Made by a program: the position numbers and the translations under genes. A stretch of DNA of 64,000 nucleotides from the NCBI RefSeq assembly GCF_024762315.1, contig NZ_JANTHR010000002.1; one strand, 5' to 3'. Each line of letters starts with the position of its first letter. Within the stretch, counting starts at the first letter, position 1. The notes below the pieces were generated by a model. The model had not been told where the DNA came from and ran no database searches. It worked only from the letters and a program-made list of their open reading frames with translations. Source of the DNA: Sulfurovum sp. GTDB taxonomy: Bacteria > Campylobacterota > Campylobacteria > Campylobacterales > Sulfurovaceae. This document shows, piece after piece, positions 19,129-30,415 of this stretch.

Positions 19129-20418
19129 CTATTTATCTAAACCTAAAAGTTTGCCAAATAGCTTGTCTTCGATCATACCCATCTTCACTGCCGGAAGAAG
19201 GTTGTTGTCCTGATAATATTTGATCACTGCCTGAGGATCTTGACCACTCATCATCGCTTCATAGTAGATCGCTTGGGATACTTCCTGATCATCCACATTC
19301 ACTTCCTCTTTCTTGGCCAATGCATCTACGATGAAGGTCGCTTTTACAGAATTTTGAGCTTCTTCTCTTACCTCATCACGAAGTGCTTCCACTTTTTCAG
19401 GATTCTCCTGATACGCTTTAAGTTCTTCTTCTTTCATCTCTCTTGCTTTCGCATTGATCTTTGCATCGATCTCCTGCTCAACAATGTTATTTGGAAGTGC
19501 AAAATCAAAATGTGCAACAAGTGCTTCAATGAGTTCCGGCTTTAGCTTTTCATTATACTCTTTAGAGACTTTTTCATTTACGATCTGCTCTTTGAGTTTT
19601 TCTTTGAGTGTATCGAGTGTCGCTTTTTCGTCTTGAAGAAGTTTTTGTGCCAACGCATCATTAAGCTCAGCCTCTGCCTGCTCCTGGATCTCATGAAGTT
19701 TTACTTTGAATGTAGCCTCTTTCCCTGCAAGATCTGCTGACTGATACTCTTTAGGGAATGTTACGACCACATCTTTCTCTTCTTCATACTTCATACCGAT
19801 GATCTGCTCTTCAAATCCGGGAATGAACTGGCCAGAACCGATCTTAAGGTTGAACTTCTCCGCTTTGCCGCCCTCAAATGCAGTACCGTCCACGAAACCT
19901 TCAAAATCGATCAGTGTCATATCACCGTCTCTTACCATTCTTTTTCTTTTGATCTTTTCAAATGGTGCATTTTGAGAAGCGATCTCTTTAAACTTTTCAT
20001 CTACTTCTTTTGCCGTAGCTGTCGGTTTTTTGAACGATGGAACCGCTTTTTCATACCCTTCAACCTTGACATCAGGTCTTAAAGAAAGCTCAAGCTCTAC
20101 TTCGATCTTGTCATCTTGCTTATCATATTTTTTAAAGATAGGCTCTCCAATGATATCTGATGCATTGATCCCGGCTTCAGCAATACCCAGGTCCATAAGT
20201 GACTTCAAAGCTTCTGACTCTGCATCTTGTCTGAGTTTGTCACCATGAAGTTTTTTTACTACATGCGGAGGTACTTTACCTTGTCTGAACCCGTCCACTT
20301 TCATCTGCTTGCCGGCCTCTCTTGCCAGTCTGTCAATATTTGTCTCAATTACACTGTTCTCAACAGCACCGCTTACCAATATATTGGCATCATCCAATTT
20401 CTTTACTGTAACTTTCAC
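19129..20418 (-). CDS. tig: Trigger factor
   Basis: 429 aa. Ribosome-binding motif GFRQGKVP, central FKBP-type PPIase (DFEGFVDGTAFEGG), acidic C-terminal arm. Confidence 0.9.
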   Translation of the reverse strand: MKVTVKKLDDANILVSGAVENSVIETNIDRLAREAGKQMKVDGFRQGKVPPHVVKKLHGDKLRQDAESEALKSLMDLGIAEAGINASDIIGEPIFKKYDKQDDKIEVELELSLRPDVKVEGYEKAVPSFKKPTATAKEVDEKFKEIASQNAPFEKIKRKRMVRDGDMTLIDFEGFVDGTAFEGGKAEKFNLKIGSGQFIPGFEEQIIGMKYEEEKDVVVTFPKEYQSADLAGKEATFKVKLHEIQEQAEAELNDALAQKLLQDEKATLDTLKEKLKEQIVNEKVSKEYNEKLKPELIEALVAHFDFALPNNIVEQEIDAKINAKAREMKEEELKAYQENPEKVEALRDEVREEAQNSVKATFIVDALAKKEEVNVDDQEVSQAIYYEAMMSGQDPQAVIKYYQDNNLLPAVKMGMIEDKLFGKLLGLDK

Positions 20419-20515
20419 TACAATCCTTTAATATATAATTCCGTGATTTTATCTAAAATTTGATAAGAAACGAATATAAACGAAAAACTGACAAAAAACT
20501 GGCTATAATCCTTCT

Positions 20516-21469
20516 ATGAAAAAAACCCATAAGAGCATCCAGAACTGGTACAAAGCCCACGGGAGACAGGAGCTTCCCTGGCGTACCACCAATGATCCTT
20601 ATCATATTTATCTTTCAGAGGTCATGCTTCAGCAGACACAGGTCAAAACCGTCCTTGAACGTTATTATTTTCCTTTTCTCAAAAAGTTTCCGACACTCAA
20701 AGCTTTAGGCAAAGCACCGCTTGATGAAGTACTCAAAATGTGGGAGGGGCTAGGCTATTATAATCGGGCTAGAAATTTACATAAGACTGCCGGCATGGTC
20801 GACAAGCTTCCATCAGACATAGATGAACTTCTAAAACTCCCCGGCATAGGAAAAAATACGGCACATGCAGTGGCTACTTTTGCATTTAACAAGCCTGTAC
20901 CTGTCATGGAAGCCAATGTCAAGCGTATCCTCTGTCGTCTGCATCAACTTAAAACACCCACGGACAAAGAGCTATGGAAGACTGCTTACAGGCTTGTAGA
21001 CAAAGAGGATCCTTTTAACTATAATCAAGCCATGATGGACATAGGCGCAACACTCTGTACCCCTAAAAATCCACTTTGTGAACTATGTCCTCTCTGTGAT
21101 ATCTGTCAAGGAAAAGATGAATCCACACTTTACCCCACCAAGAAAAAACGTATTATACCTACACGTGAACAGAATATCACGATATATATTTATAACGACA
21201 AACTTTCCCTTGCACAAAGAGAAGGCAGATTTTTACATGGTTTATGGGGCTTTGCGTCTTCAGAGGTGCCTTTGTGTGCATCAGAGTACATAGGAGAAGT
21301 AACACATGCCTATACACATTTCAAACTTATATGCAAAATTTATGTCTCTTATGAGACAGAACCTATGCAGGAGTCATATTTTAGCCTTGATGAGATCAAA
21401 AAACTTGCTATTTCGAAAGTAGATGAAAAAATTCTGAAACTCTACTCGAGTAGAGTTTCAAATATATAG
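20516..21469 (+). CDS. mutY: A/G-specific adenine DNA glycosylase MutY
   Basis: 317 aa. HhH-GPD (LPGIGKNTAHAV), 4Fe-4S cluster loop C-x6-C-x2-C-x5-C (CTPKNPLCELCPLCDIC). Extra C-terminal domain distinguishes it from Nth. Confidence 0.85.
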   Translation: MKKTHKSIQNWYKAHGRQELPWRTTNDPYHIYLSEVMLQQTQVKTVLERYYFPFLKKFPTLKALGKAPLDEVLKMWEGLGYYNRARNLHKTAGMVDKLPSDIDELLKLPGIGKNTAHAVATFAFNKPVPVMEANVKRILCRLHQLKTPTDKELWKTAYRLVDKEDPFNYNQAMMDIGATLCTPKNPLCELCPLCDICQGKDESTLYPTKKKRIIPTREQNITIYIYNDKLSLAQREGRFLHGLWGFASSEVPLCASEYIGEVTHAYTHFKLICKIYVSYETEPMQESYFSLDEIKKLAISKVDEKILKLYSSRVSNI

Positions 21470-21499
21470 TTAAGAGTGAACAGTGCATAGTTTTGGTAT

Positions 21500-21528
21500 G
21501 CTTTTCTTATCGAAAAGCTTTTATTTTT
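21500..21528 (+). terminator. Intrinsic terminator after mutY
   Basis: GCTTTTC-TTATC-GAAAAGC (21500-21518) followed by TTTTATTTTT. Confidence 0.75.
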
Positions 21529-21539
21529 AAGGATAGAAC

Positions 21540-22118
21540 ATGAACAAAGAAGAGGAATTTGAACAGGCGGTCACAAAAGTACTGGAACTTTTGGGTGAAG
21601 ACCCGAAGCGCGAAGGACTGCTTAAAACACCAGGTCGCGTAGCCAAAGCACTGAAATTTCTTACAGAAGGTTATGATCAGGATCCAAAAGAGATACTCAA
21701 CCAGGCACTTTTTTCTACCTCTAACGACGAAATGGTCCTGGTGCGTGATATTGAGTTCTACTCTATGTGTGAGCATCATATGCTGCCCATCATCGGACGT
21801 GCGCATGTAGCGTACATACCCGATGGTAAAGTAGTGGGACTCTCCAAGATCCCCCGTATCGTCAATGTCTATGCAAGACGTCTGCAGATACAGGAACAGA
21901 TGACCGAGCAGATCGCAGATGCCATTTCAGCGACCATCAAACCCAAGGGTGTTGCCGTAGTTGTACATGCGCGCCATATGTGTATGGAGATGAGAGGCGT
22001 ACAAAAGATCAATTCAACCACAGTAAGTTCAGCACTTAGAGGGCTTTTCAAGAGTGATGAGCGTACGAGGAACGAATTCTACAACCTCATCAATACCCCG
22101 ACACCTTCAAATTTCTAA
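21540..22118 (+). CDS. folE: GTP cyclohydrolase I
   Basis: 192 aa. Motif SMCEHHMLP and QIQEQMT. Confidence 0.95.
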   Translation: MNKEEEFEQAVTKVLELLGEDPKREGLLKTPGRVAKALKFLTEGYDQDPKEILNQALFSTSNDEMVLVRDIEFYSMCEHHMLPIIGRAHVAYIPDGKVVGLSKIPRIVNVYARRLQIQEQMTEQIADAISATIKPKGVAVVVHARHMCMEMRGVQKINSTTVSSALRGLFKSDERTRNEFYNLINTPTPSNF

Positions 22119-22510
22119 TCCTGTTTTTTCAATAACCAAGAGAGGGCTTTTTCTCTCTCTTTAAAAAATTTAGATTTCCCTTTCATCAGGTGACTCATCA
22201 TCGCCGTAGATCTCTCTTCCCACTTTTTGTTACCGACAATTGCCATTTTATCAAAGGCATTGCGATGTTTTATGCCAAATTTAAAATCATCCCATGCAGC
22301 CATGAATTCCCAGCCTTTAAACGCTCTCATATCTACCAGAAGATCAACTTCCAAACCTTTTGCCTCTTTTAAAGCCTTGTTTATCATCGGTACAAAGGTC
22401 TTATAGTCTTCATCTGTCAGCTTACCCAACATAGATAGTTCTATAAAAAGTCTCTTTTTGCTTCTTTTGATTGCAATGCCTATACCGTGCTCTTTTATAG
22501 TTTTTTTCAT
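22115..22510 (-). CDS. STAS/SpoIIAA-like protein (DUF3478-type)
   Basis: 131 aa. Family-typical [34 protein letters not shown]. Confidence 0.55.
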   Translation of the reverse strand: MKKTIKEHGIGIAIKRSKKRLFIELSMLGKLTDEDYKTFVPMINKALKEAKGLEVDLLVDMRAFKGWEFMAAWDDFKFGIKHRNAFDKMAIVGNKKWEERSTAMMSHLMKGKSKFFKEREKALSWLLKKQD

Positions 22511-22695
22511 GAGTTAGCCTTTCATTCATAATCTGTCTGTAAATCATTATACCATAGTAAAGGCTTGATAAAAATCAAGTGAACCTAACATTAATAGGAG
22601 TATAATTCTCCTCTTTATAAAAGTACTTTATGTTAGTTTAAGAAAAACTGCGTAATATGCAGAAAACTAATTAGGACTAAATATGTCTTAATTAA

Positions 22696-23925
<1,230 letters not shown>

Positions 23926-23985
23926 TTCCCTTCGACAAGCTCAGGGAACGGATTATAAATAAAGAATTAATATAAAGGAAATAGT

Positions 23986-24957
23986 ATGGGAATGGATAGT
24001 TTAATCGGCGGTACCATCTGGGATGAGTACAGTCAAAAAGTAACTGATTTAATGAATAACCCGCAAAATATGGGTGAGATCACAGAAGAGCAGGCTAACG
24101 AGATGGGCGCCAAGCTCATCGTAGCTGACTTTGGTGCCGAGAGTTGTGGAGATGCCGTCAGACTTTACTGGGCAGTTGACCCAAAAACAGATGTTATTTT
24201 GGAGTCTAAATTCAAAAGTTTTGGTTGTGGTACGGCCATTGCTTCTTCAGATACTATGGCAGAGCTTTGTAAGGGAAAAACGGTAGATGAAGCAGTGAAG
24301 ATCACTAATATCGACGTAGAAAAAGCAATGCGCGATACACCGGATACACCTGCGGTACCGCCGCAGAAAATGCACTGTTCGGTCATGGCATATGATGTCA
24401 TCAAAAAAGCTGCTGCTCAATATAAAGGTGTGGACATGGAGAGCTTTGAAGAAGAGATCATAGTGTGTGAATGTGCACGTGTTACCCTCTCTACCCTAAG
24501 AGAAGTGATCCGCCTGAATGACCTTACTACAGTTGAAGAGATCACGGATTACACCAAAGCAGGAGCTTTCTGTAAATCATGTATCCGCCCCGGTGGGCAT
24601 GAAGAAAAAGATATCTATTTGGTTGATCTTCTTGAAGAGTATGAAAAAGAGAAAATGGCAACGGCGGCTGACGCTTCCGCTTCAGGAGCCAATCTAGACT
24701 TTGCTCAAATGACAGTCGTACAAAAACTCAAAGCCGTAGATAAAGTAGTCGATGACAATATCCGTCAAATGCTTATCATGGATGGTGGGGATATGGAGAT
24801 TTTGGATATCAAAGAAAATGGTGTGAATTTTGACATCTATATCAGATATTTGGGTGCCTGTAACGGATGTGCCAGTTCGAGTACCGGTACACTTTTTGCT
24901 ATCGAGAACATTCTTAGAGAAAAACTTGACGAAAATATCAGGGTTTTACCTATCTAA
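23986..24957 (+). CDS. nifU: NifU-type Fe-S cluster scaffold (three-domain)
   Basis: 323 aa. IscU-like N-domain (GAESCGDA, FGCGTAIASS, KMHCS), central Cys-rich 2Fe-2S domain (CECA...CKSC), C-terminal Nfu domain (CNGC). Confidence 0.85.
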   Translation: MGMDSLIGGTIWDEYSQKVTDLMNNPQNMGEITEEQANEMGAKLIVADFGAESCGDAVRLYWAVDPKTDVILESKFKSFGCGTAIASSDTMAELCKGKTVDEAVKITNIDVEKAMRDTPDTPAVPPQKMHCSVMAYDVIKKAAAQYKGVDMESFEEEIIVCECARVTLSTLREVIRLNDLTTVEEITDYTKAGAFCKSCIRPGGHEEKDIYLVDLLEEYEKEKMATAADASASGANLDFAQMTVVQKLKAVDKVVDDNIRQMLIMDGGDMEILDIKENGVNFDIYIRYLGACNGCASSSTGTLFAIENILREKLDENIRVLPI

Positions 24958-24966
24958 TTCTATTTA

Positions 24967-24992
24967 AGCGTATAAGTGATCTCTTATACGCT
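24967..24992 (+). terminator. Hairpin after nifU
   Basis: AGCGTATAAG-TGATCT-CTTATACGCT, perfect 10-bp stem. No clear T-tract follows. Confidence 0.45.
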
Positions 24993-25055
24993 CAGAGTAT
25001 CTCTAAAAATGATGGGTACCTTATCTAAAATCATACTAAACTAAAGGCTGTTATT

Positions 25056-26144
25056 ATGTTAAAGAAAGAACATATTCAAGACAAACTCACGCAAGTCATC
25101 TATCCCGGATTTACAAAAAATATTATGGATTTTGGTTTTGTCAAAGAGGTCACAGTAAAAGAGAACACTGTTTCGATCCGTTTGGATATTCCTTCAGCTG
25201 CACCGGAAATAGAAGCACAACTTCGTGAAGAGATTATGAAGAGAGTTTCTTTTTTGGGAGATTTTCAAATAGATATCTCTATCACTAAACCTAAAATGCC
25301 AAGAGAAACAAGTTCCCATGGCAAAAATGTACTTCCAAAAATTCAAAATTTTATTATGGTCAGTTCCGGAAAAGGCGGTGTTGGGAAATCAACCACCACA
25401 GTAAACCTTGCCATTGCGCTTGCACAACAAGGCAAACGTGTAGGACTCTTAGATGCAGATATTTATGGGCCAAACATCCCCAGAATGATGGGTATTGAAG
25501 GCAAACAGCCTATTTTTCTTGGAAAAACGATCAAACCGATTTTGACACATAACGTTAAAGTAATGTCTATCGGTTCCTTGGTGGAGCGAGGTGCTTCACT
25601 CATCTGGAAAGGGGCGATGGTCACTCAAGCCATAGAACAGATGCTTGAAGATATCGAATGGGGAAATCTGGATGTACTTCTTTTTGATATGCCTCCGGGC
25701 ACAGGAGATGCACAGTTGGCCCTTGCCCAAAGCCTACCTGTCACTTCAGGTGTATGTGTTACCACTCCTCAGAAAGTAGCACTGGACGATACCATCCGGA
25801 GTATGGATATGTTTACCCAGCTTCATATTCCCATTGCCGGTCTTGTGGAAAACATGAGCGGATTTATCTGCCCCGATAGTGGCAAAGAGTATGATATCTT
25901 CGGAAAGGGTACAACCCAGCCTCTTGCTGAAGCCTACCATACAGAAGTTTTGGGAGAGATACCTATCGAGCCTGCCATCAGGGAAGGGGGTGACAGCGGC
26001 CTGCCTATCACTGTTTTGGCACCAGACTGCGAAACTTCAAAACGCTATCAGACTATAGCAGATAAACTTTGGGGGAAATTACTTAAAGTCAATCAAGAGG
26101 GCGGGGTTGACAACACAGAGATACAGCCTACAATCTTTTCATAA
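25056..26144 (+). CDS. mrp: Mrp/ApbC/NBP35-family Fe-S cluster carrier ATPase
   Basis: 362 aa. N-terminal DUF59/MIP18-like domain and deviant Walker A SGKGGVGKST. The CXXC region reads CPDS (see findings). Confidence 0.85.
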   Translation: MLKKEHIQDKLTQVIYPGFTKNIMDFGFVKEVTVKENTVSIRLDIPSAAPEIEAQLREEIMKRVSFLGDFQIDISITKPKMPRETSSHGKNVLPKIQNFIMVSSGKGGVGKSTTTVNLAIALAQQGKRVGLLDADIYGPNIPRMMGIEGKQPIFLGKTIKPILTHNVKVMSIGSLVERGASLIWKGAMVTQAIEQMLEDIEWGNLDVLLFDMPPGTGDAQLALAQSLPVTSGVCVTTPQKVALDDTIRSMDMFTQLHIPIAGLVENMSGFICPDSGKEYDIFGKGTTQPLAEAYHTEVLGEIPIEPAIREGGDSGLPITVLAPDCETSKRYQTIADKLWGKLLKVNQEGGVDNTEIQPTIFS

Positions 26145-26153
26145 GAGAGGCTG

Positions 26154-28535
26154 TTACACCTTTCTTATCTCCACATTTGTTTCATGCATTACTGCTGCAC
26201 CGTAAACAGGTTCATGGATATCTTCTAGTAGGGTGGCATCATTTGCACCATTCCCATACGCCATCGTCATATCCTGGCTCAGTCCGCCAAAACCATGTAT
26301 CATAAATACCTGGTTGGGAGCTATTTTTTCAGTAGGATACGCTTTAATGGTTACTTTGCCTACCTTGCTTTTAACTTCGAGCATATCACCAAATTTGATA
26401 CCTTTCTTATCAGCTATTCTTCTATTGATCCAGAGGTAGTTGGTATGGATCAGATCCCTTAGCATCATATTGTTGGTTGTTGCACTCTGTGTAAATTGTG
26501 CATGTCGCCCTGTAATAAGCCTGAATTTACCTTCCGGAACAGAAAAAAGGTATTCATCCTTCCATGTTGGCATGGAATCGACACCTATATCGGCCAAATG
26601 TCTAAAATTAAAGACAAGTTTTATATTGTCTGTTTCCACGCTGTATTTCTTTTTGTTTTCCGGATAGTATTGGTACTCGTTGGCATTGACCTGTTTATGG
26701 TATTTTTCTATATTTGAATAGTAAACGCCCTTTTCTTCCAGAATTTTCCAGGCATCTTCTCCAAATGCTTTTACAACTCTTTCTCTGTTTCTCTCTGCAA
26801 CATCTTTCTCCCAGGCATCGGAAAGTATATAACCATCTTCTTTATATACATTTTTTTCTCCACGCTTCTTTACCTCTTCCTGTAACTCATTATCATATTT
26901 CTTGCTGATCTCAAAAAGAGGTTTGGATAATACTTCAGCTAATTCTTTATATATTTGCTCCGGTGTTTTTGTCTCATAAAGTGGCTCGATAGCAGCTTTT
27001 CTCTGAACAATAGCCGGCTCCAGTAATCCGTAACTGGCAACAGGGGAAGTTCTTTCCAGATAGGATGCCTCAGGCAGAACAACATCTGCATACATCATAC
27101 TGTCGCTTGGTAGGATATCGATCATAACATTCAGATCCATCTGTTTCAAAAACTGAATTGTTTTGGCACTGTTTGGAACACCGGCAATAGGGTTATGCTT
27201 TCTCATGAACATCGCCCGCACAGGATAAGGCGATTTTTTTTCAACAACCATATTTCTAAAGACCATCCATGAACCTGCCCGCTGTGACAAGATGGCTATA
27301 TTGTGTTTATCAAACCTTCCCTGTGCCTGATTATAGATCGGGCTATTAATCTCCTCTTCAGGCAATTCCAAAGGTTCACCATAAATAATTCCGCCTTTTT
27401 TATTTAAATTACCACTTAAACCCTGAAATATCGCCATAGCCCGGCGAAGCTGAAAATCATTTTTACTGAATACACTTCTTCTGCCCTGATAATAGATAGG
27501 ACTTTGGGCACTCATAAATTCTCTGGCTGTTTTAATGATCTCTTTTGCAGGAATATTGGTGATATTTTCAGCCCATTCCGGCGTATACTTATGGGAAATA
27601 ATATGATTTTTATACGCTTCAAACCCCACGCCATATTTTTTTATAAATGCTTTATCGTAAAGCTCTTCTGAAAGTGCTACATAAGTTAAAGCCAAAACAA
27701 ATGCCAGATCAGTTCCCGGATTTACGGCATACCACCTGTCTGCTTTTGCTGCAGTGTTGGTAAATCTGGGATCCAGTACGATCGTTTTGAGACCTCTGCC
27801 TTTACTTCTTTTGAACAGATCCATCGTGTCAGGGGTAATGATGGCTTCCGCTCTGTTCGCTCCCGCAATAATAAGATAATCGGCATTGCTCAGATCTGCT
27901 TCACCATACGTTCCAATCGTGGCAAAATAACCTCCAAGCGTTGTCTCCAGACAGATACTTACTTCATCAACATAATTTACTGTACCGATCTTCTCGCCCA
28001 TTAAGACTTCAAATCCCTCTTTGGAGAGCCCCTCACCATTACAGTAAGCTATGGTGGAACGATTGTCTTTTTCCTCCTCAAGTATTTGGAGCAAGCCTTT
28101 AAACTTATCGGTTCCATGGAGTATGGCATTGTATGCTTCTTCCCATGATACTCTTTTATATTTTCCGTCACCTCTTTCACCAATTCTTACAAGAGGGTAT
28201 TTTAGTCTGTCAGGATCATACGTAGTCTGAATACCCGCATTTCCTCTGGCACATAACATATTTCTTGATTTCGGGAAATAGGGATTGGGGTTTAGTTTTG
28301 TAACAACACCGTCTTCCACTCTTGCAAAGCCGGCACATTTATTGACACATATTCCACATAGAAAAGGAATTTCTTCGGCTTTTTTTGTTGATGTTTTGGT
28401 TGTGATACTTTCAGGTATGCTACTTTTTTCTTTTTTAAAGTAGATAAAATTTGTTTTGCCCATGGCGGAACTACCAATGACTGTTAAAGCGACACTTCCC
28501 TGAAGAAATCTTCTTCGTGATATCTCTTTTGGCAT
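26154..28535 (-). CDS. Molybdopterin oxidoreductase catalytic subunit, Psr/Phs-type, second paralog
   Basis: 793 aa. Tat signal SRRRFLQGS and FS0 motif C-x2-C-x3-C...C (CGICVNKC...LCARGNAG). Collinear with the 30416-32875 protein. Confidence 0.8.
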   Translation of the reverse strand: MPKEISRRRFLQGSVALTVIGSSAMGKTNFIYFKKEKSSIPESITTKTSTKKAEEIPFLCGICVNKCAGFARVEDGVVTKLNPNPYFPKSRNMLCARGNAGIQTTYDPDRLKYPLVRIGERGDGKYKRVSWEEAYNAILHGTDKFKGLLQILEEEKDNRSTIAYCNGEGLSKEGFEVLMGEKIGTVNYVDEVSICLETTLGGYFATIGTYGEADLSNADYLIIAGANRAEAIITPDTMDLFKRSKGRGLKTIVLDPRFTNTAAKADRWYAVNPGTDLAFVLALTYVALSEELYDKAFIKKYGVGFEAYKNHIISHKYTPEWAENITNIPAKEIIKTAREFMSAQSPIYYQGRRSVFSKNDFQLRRAMAIFQGLSGNLNKKGGIIYGEPLELPEEEINSPIYNQAQGRFDKHNIAILSQRAGSWMVFRNMVVEKKSPYPVRAMFMRKHNPIAGVPNSAKTIQFLKQMDLNVMIDILPSDSMMYADVVLPEASYLERTSPVASYGLLEPAIVQRKAAIEPLYETKTPEQIYKELAEVLSKPLFEISKKYDNELQEEVKKRGEKNVYKEDGYILSDAWEKDVAERNRERVVKAFGEDAWKILEEKGVYYSNIEKYHKQVNANEYQYYPENKKKYSVETDNIKLVFNFRHLADIGVDSMPTWKDEYLFSVPEGKFRLITGRHAQFTQSATTNNMMLRDLIHTNYLWINRRIADKKGIKFGDMLEVKSKVGKVTIKAYPTEKIAPNQVFMIHGFGGLSQDMTMAYGNGANDATLLEDIHEPVYGAAVMHETNVEIRKV

Positions 28536-28630
28536 AATATTTTTCCTAATGTATGCTATTTACTTAAAAACACTATCTGTTTCTAAGAAAAGAGCATTCA
28601 TGTATACTCCTATGCCACATAGAAGTATAC

Positions 28631-28659
28631 AGAATGAAAAAGGGCTTCTTAATGCCCTT
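28631..28659 (-). terminator. Weak intrinsic terminator overlapping the psrC stop codon
   Basis: Minus strand: AAGGGC-ATTAAGAA-GCCCTT followed by TTTCATTCT. The stop TAA lies in the loop. Confidence 0.4.
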
Positions 28660-29839
28660 CTTCTTCATCAAGATTAAATGCTCTTGTTCCTACATAGTAG
28701 AGCAGAATACAAAGCCCCAATCCGCCTAAAGAGATCATGATTTCTGATGCAGAAGGGAAATAGTGGATCCACTCTGGTGAAAGCTGATATTCTCTGATCT
28801 TCATCATTTGAAGTGGTTTAACCTGTGTATCATGCACAAGATTGTATCTCATAAAGAAGATACCAACCATACCACTGAGCGATGCCCAGAACATCAATAC
28901 AGGACTTTTACCAAAATCTTTCAAAATGACAAGTAAAGGGATGATCATCACTAAAATCACCTCTGCCCAGAATGGTGCAGTGTGGATAATATGATGAGCA
29001 ACATCCGAACGCGTTGGTACACCACCGTACATATCTGTTAAAAGCTTCCATGTCATAAAGAAGATCAAGATGGAAATAAGTAAACCTTGAATCTTAGCAA
29101 GCCCCTCTAACAATTTCTTTGTTTTTTCATTAAAATTCAATTTATATCTGAATCCCATAATAATAAAAGACAAAAAGATACCTGTAATAAATGCTGTCAA
29201 AATAAAGTATGTCGGATAGTATACACCCTGAGAAATAGTTCGTGCATTCAAAAATCCAAATACAGACCCAAGGTTAGAGTGCGCTGCAAGCCCCACAAGC
29301 AAACCAGTCAGACCAAAAATTTTAGCTTTTTTCATATCATTATTAAGAAGGAAATAAAACTCGATGATCATAAATGTCAAATAAAGACCATACAGTGTAC
29401 CCATCCACCAGATAGCCGATGTCAAACCAGGGGTTAATACATTGTATATCATCATCGTTACAGGGTGGCCGATTTCAAATGCAATAACCGTAAATCCTGC
29501 CAAAATCGTAACGATCGATCCAAAGATAGCTCTTTTTGAGATCATTGTAAAGTCTTTAAATCCAAACACATCTCCCAATGAGCCAACAATACAGAATCCC
29601 GTTGAACTTACAACAAAGAAAATATACACAGCGATCAAAAGTCCCCATGGATGTTGTCTTGTAACATTATAAGCGTGGTGACTATGTATCAAATAGTTAC
29701 CTATACCCACTACCAACATTACCAACATTGCAATAACGGATAATGCTAGCAACATATTGACAGGAGTTTTCTCAAAACCTAAAATCGATTTTAGTGAAAA
29801 ATCTTCTTTTAGAGGAATACTTAATGGACCTATTTTCAT
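28649..29839 (-). CDS. psrC: NrfD/PsrC-type integral membrane quinol-interacting subunit
   Basis: 396 aa, ~10 TM segments. Lies downstream of the FeS subunit in a three-gene molybdoenzyme operon. Confidence 0.75.
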   Translation of the reverse strand: MKIGPLSIPLKEDFSLKSILGFEKTPVNMLLALSVIAMLVMLVVGIGNYLIHSHHAYNVTRQHPWGLLIAVYIFFVVSSTGFCIVGSLGDVFGFKDFTMISKRAIFGSIVTILAGFTVIAFEIGHPVTMMIYNVLTPGLTSAIWWMGTLYGLYLTFMIIEFYFLLNNDMKKAKIFGLTGLLVGLAAHSNLGSVFGFLNARTISQGVYYPTYFILTAFITGIFLSFIIMGFRYKLNFNEKTKKLLEGLAKIQGLLISILIFFMTWKLLTDMYGGVPTRSDVAHHIIHTAPFWAEVILVMIIPLLVILKDFGKSPVLMFWASLSGMVGIFFMRYNLVHDTQVKPLQMMKIREYQLSPEWIHYFPSASEIMISLGGLGLCILLYYVGTRAFNLDEEEGH

Positions 29840-29849
29840 TCTCTACTCC

Positions 29850-30413
29850 TTATGTTAGATAAAATAATTTTGGATTAGTACCAAGGTGAGCTTTTAAACT
29901 AAAATGTTCTCTGGTTCTAAGCAATTCACTAATCTCACTGTTTGGATCATCAAGATCACCGAATGTTCTTACTTTTGTCGGACAGGTTGCCTGGCAGGCA
30001 GTTGTTGTTTCACCGCGAGCTAGTCTCGTATCAGAACAGAAAGTACATTTATCTACTGTCATTGTTCTGTCATCCACATATCTTGCATCGTAAGGACAGG
30101 CGTTCATACAGTATGAACATAAAATACATTTATCACTGTCGACTCTTACCACATGATTTTCATCATAATAGGTTGCATTTGTCGGACATACTTCCTGACA
30201 GGGAGCATCTTCACAGTGTTGGCACTGACTCGGCAAAAATGCTGCCGAAGCAATATCCAAAAGTGGCCATTCTCCTTTTACATCATTTGCCCCTACCCAG
30301 ATACGATGCTTTTCTGCACCCAATTCAACACCATTTTCCTCTTTACATGCAACTTCACACGCTTTACAGTTAATACAATTCTTATAATCTAAAGCCATTC
30401 CATATCTTGCCAT
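29850..30413 (-). CDS. psrB: 4Fe-4S ferredoxin-type electron-transfer subunit (PsrB-like)
   Basis: 187 aa. Multiple CxxCxxCxxxCP clusters (CINCKACEVAC, CQHCEDAPCQEVCP, CILCSYCMNACP, CTFC...CQATCP). Confidence 0.85.
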   Translation of the reverse strand: MARYGMALDYKNCINCKACEVACKEENGVELGAEKHRIWVGANDVKGEWPLLDIASAAFLPSQCQHCEDAPCQEVCPTNATYYDENHVVRVDSDKCILCSYCMNACPYDARYVDDRTMTVDKCTFCSDTRLARGETTTACQATCPTKVRTFGDLDDPNSEISELLRTREHFSLKAHLGTNPKLFYLT

Positions 30414-30415
30414 GA

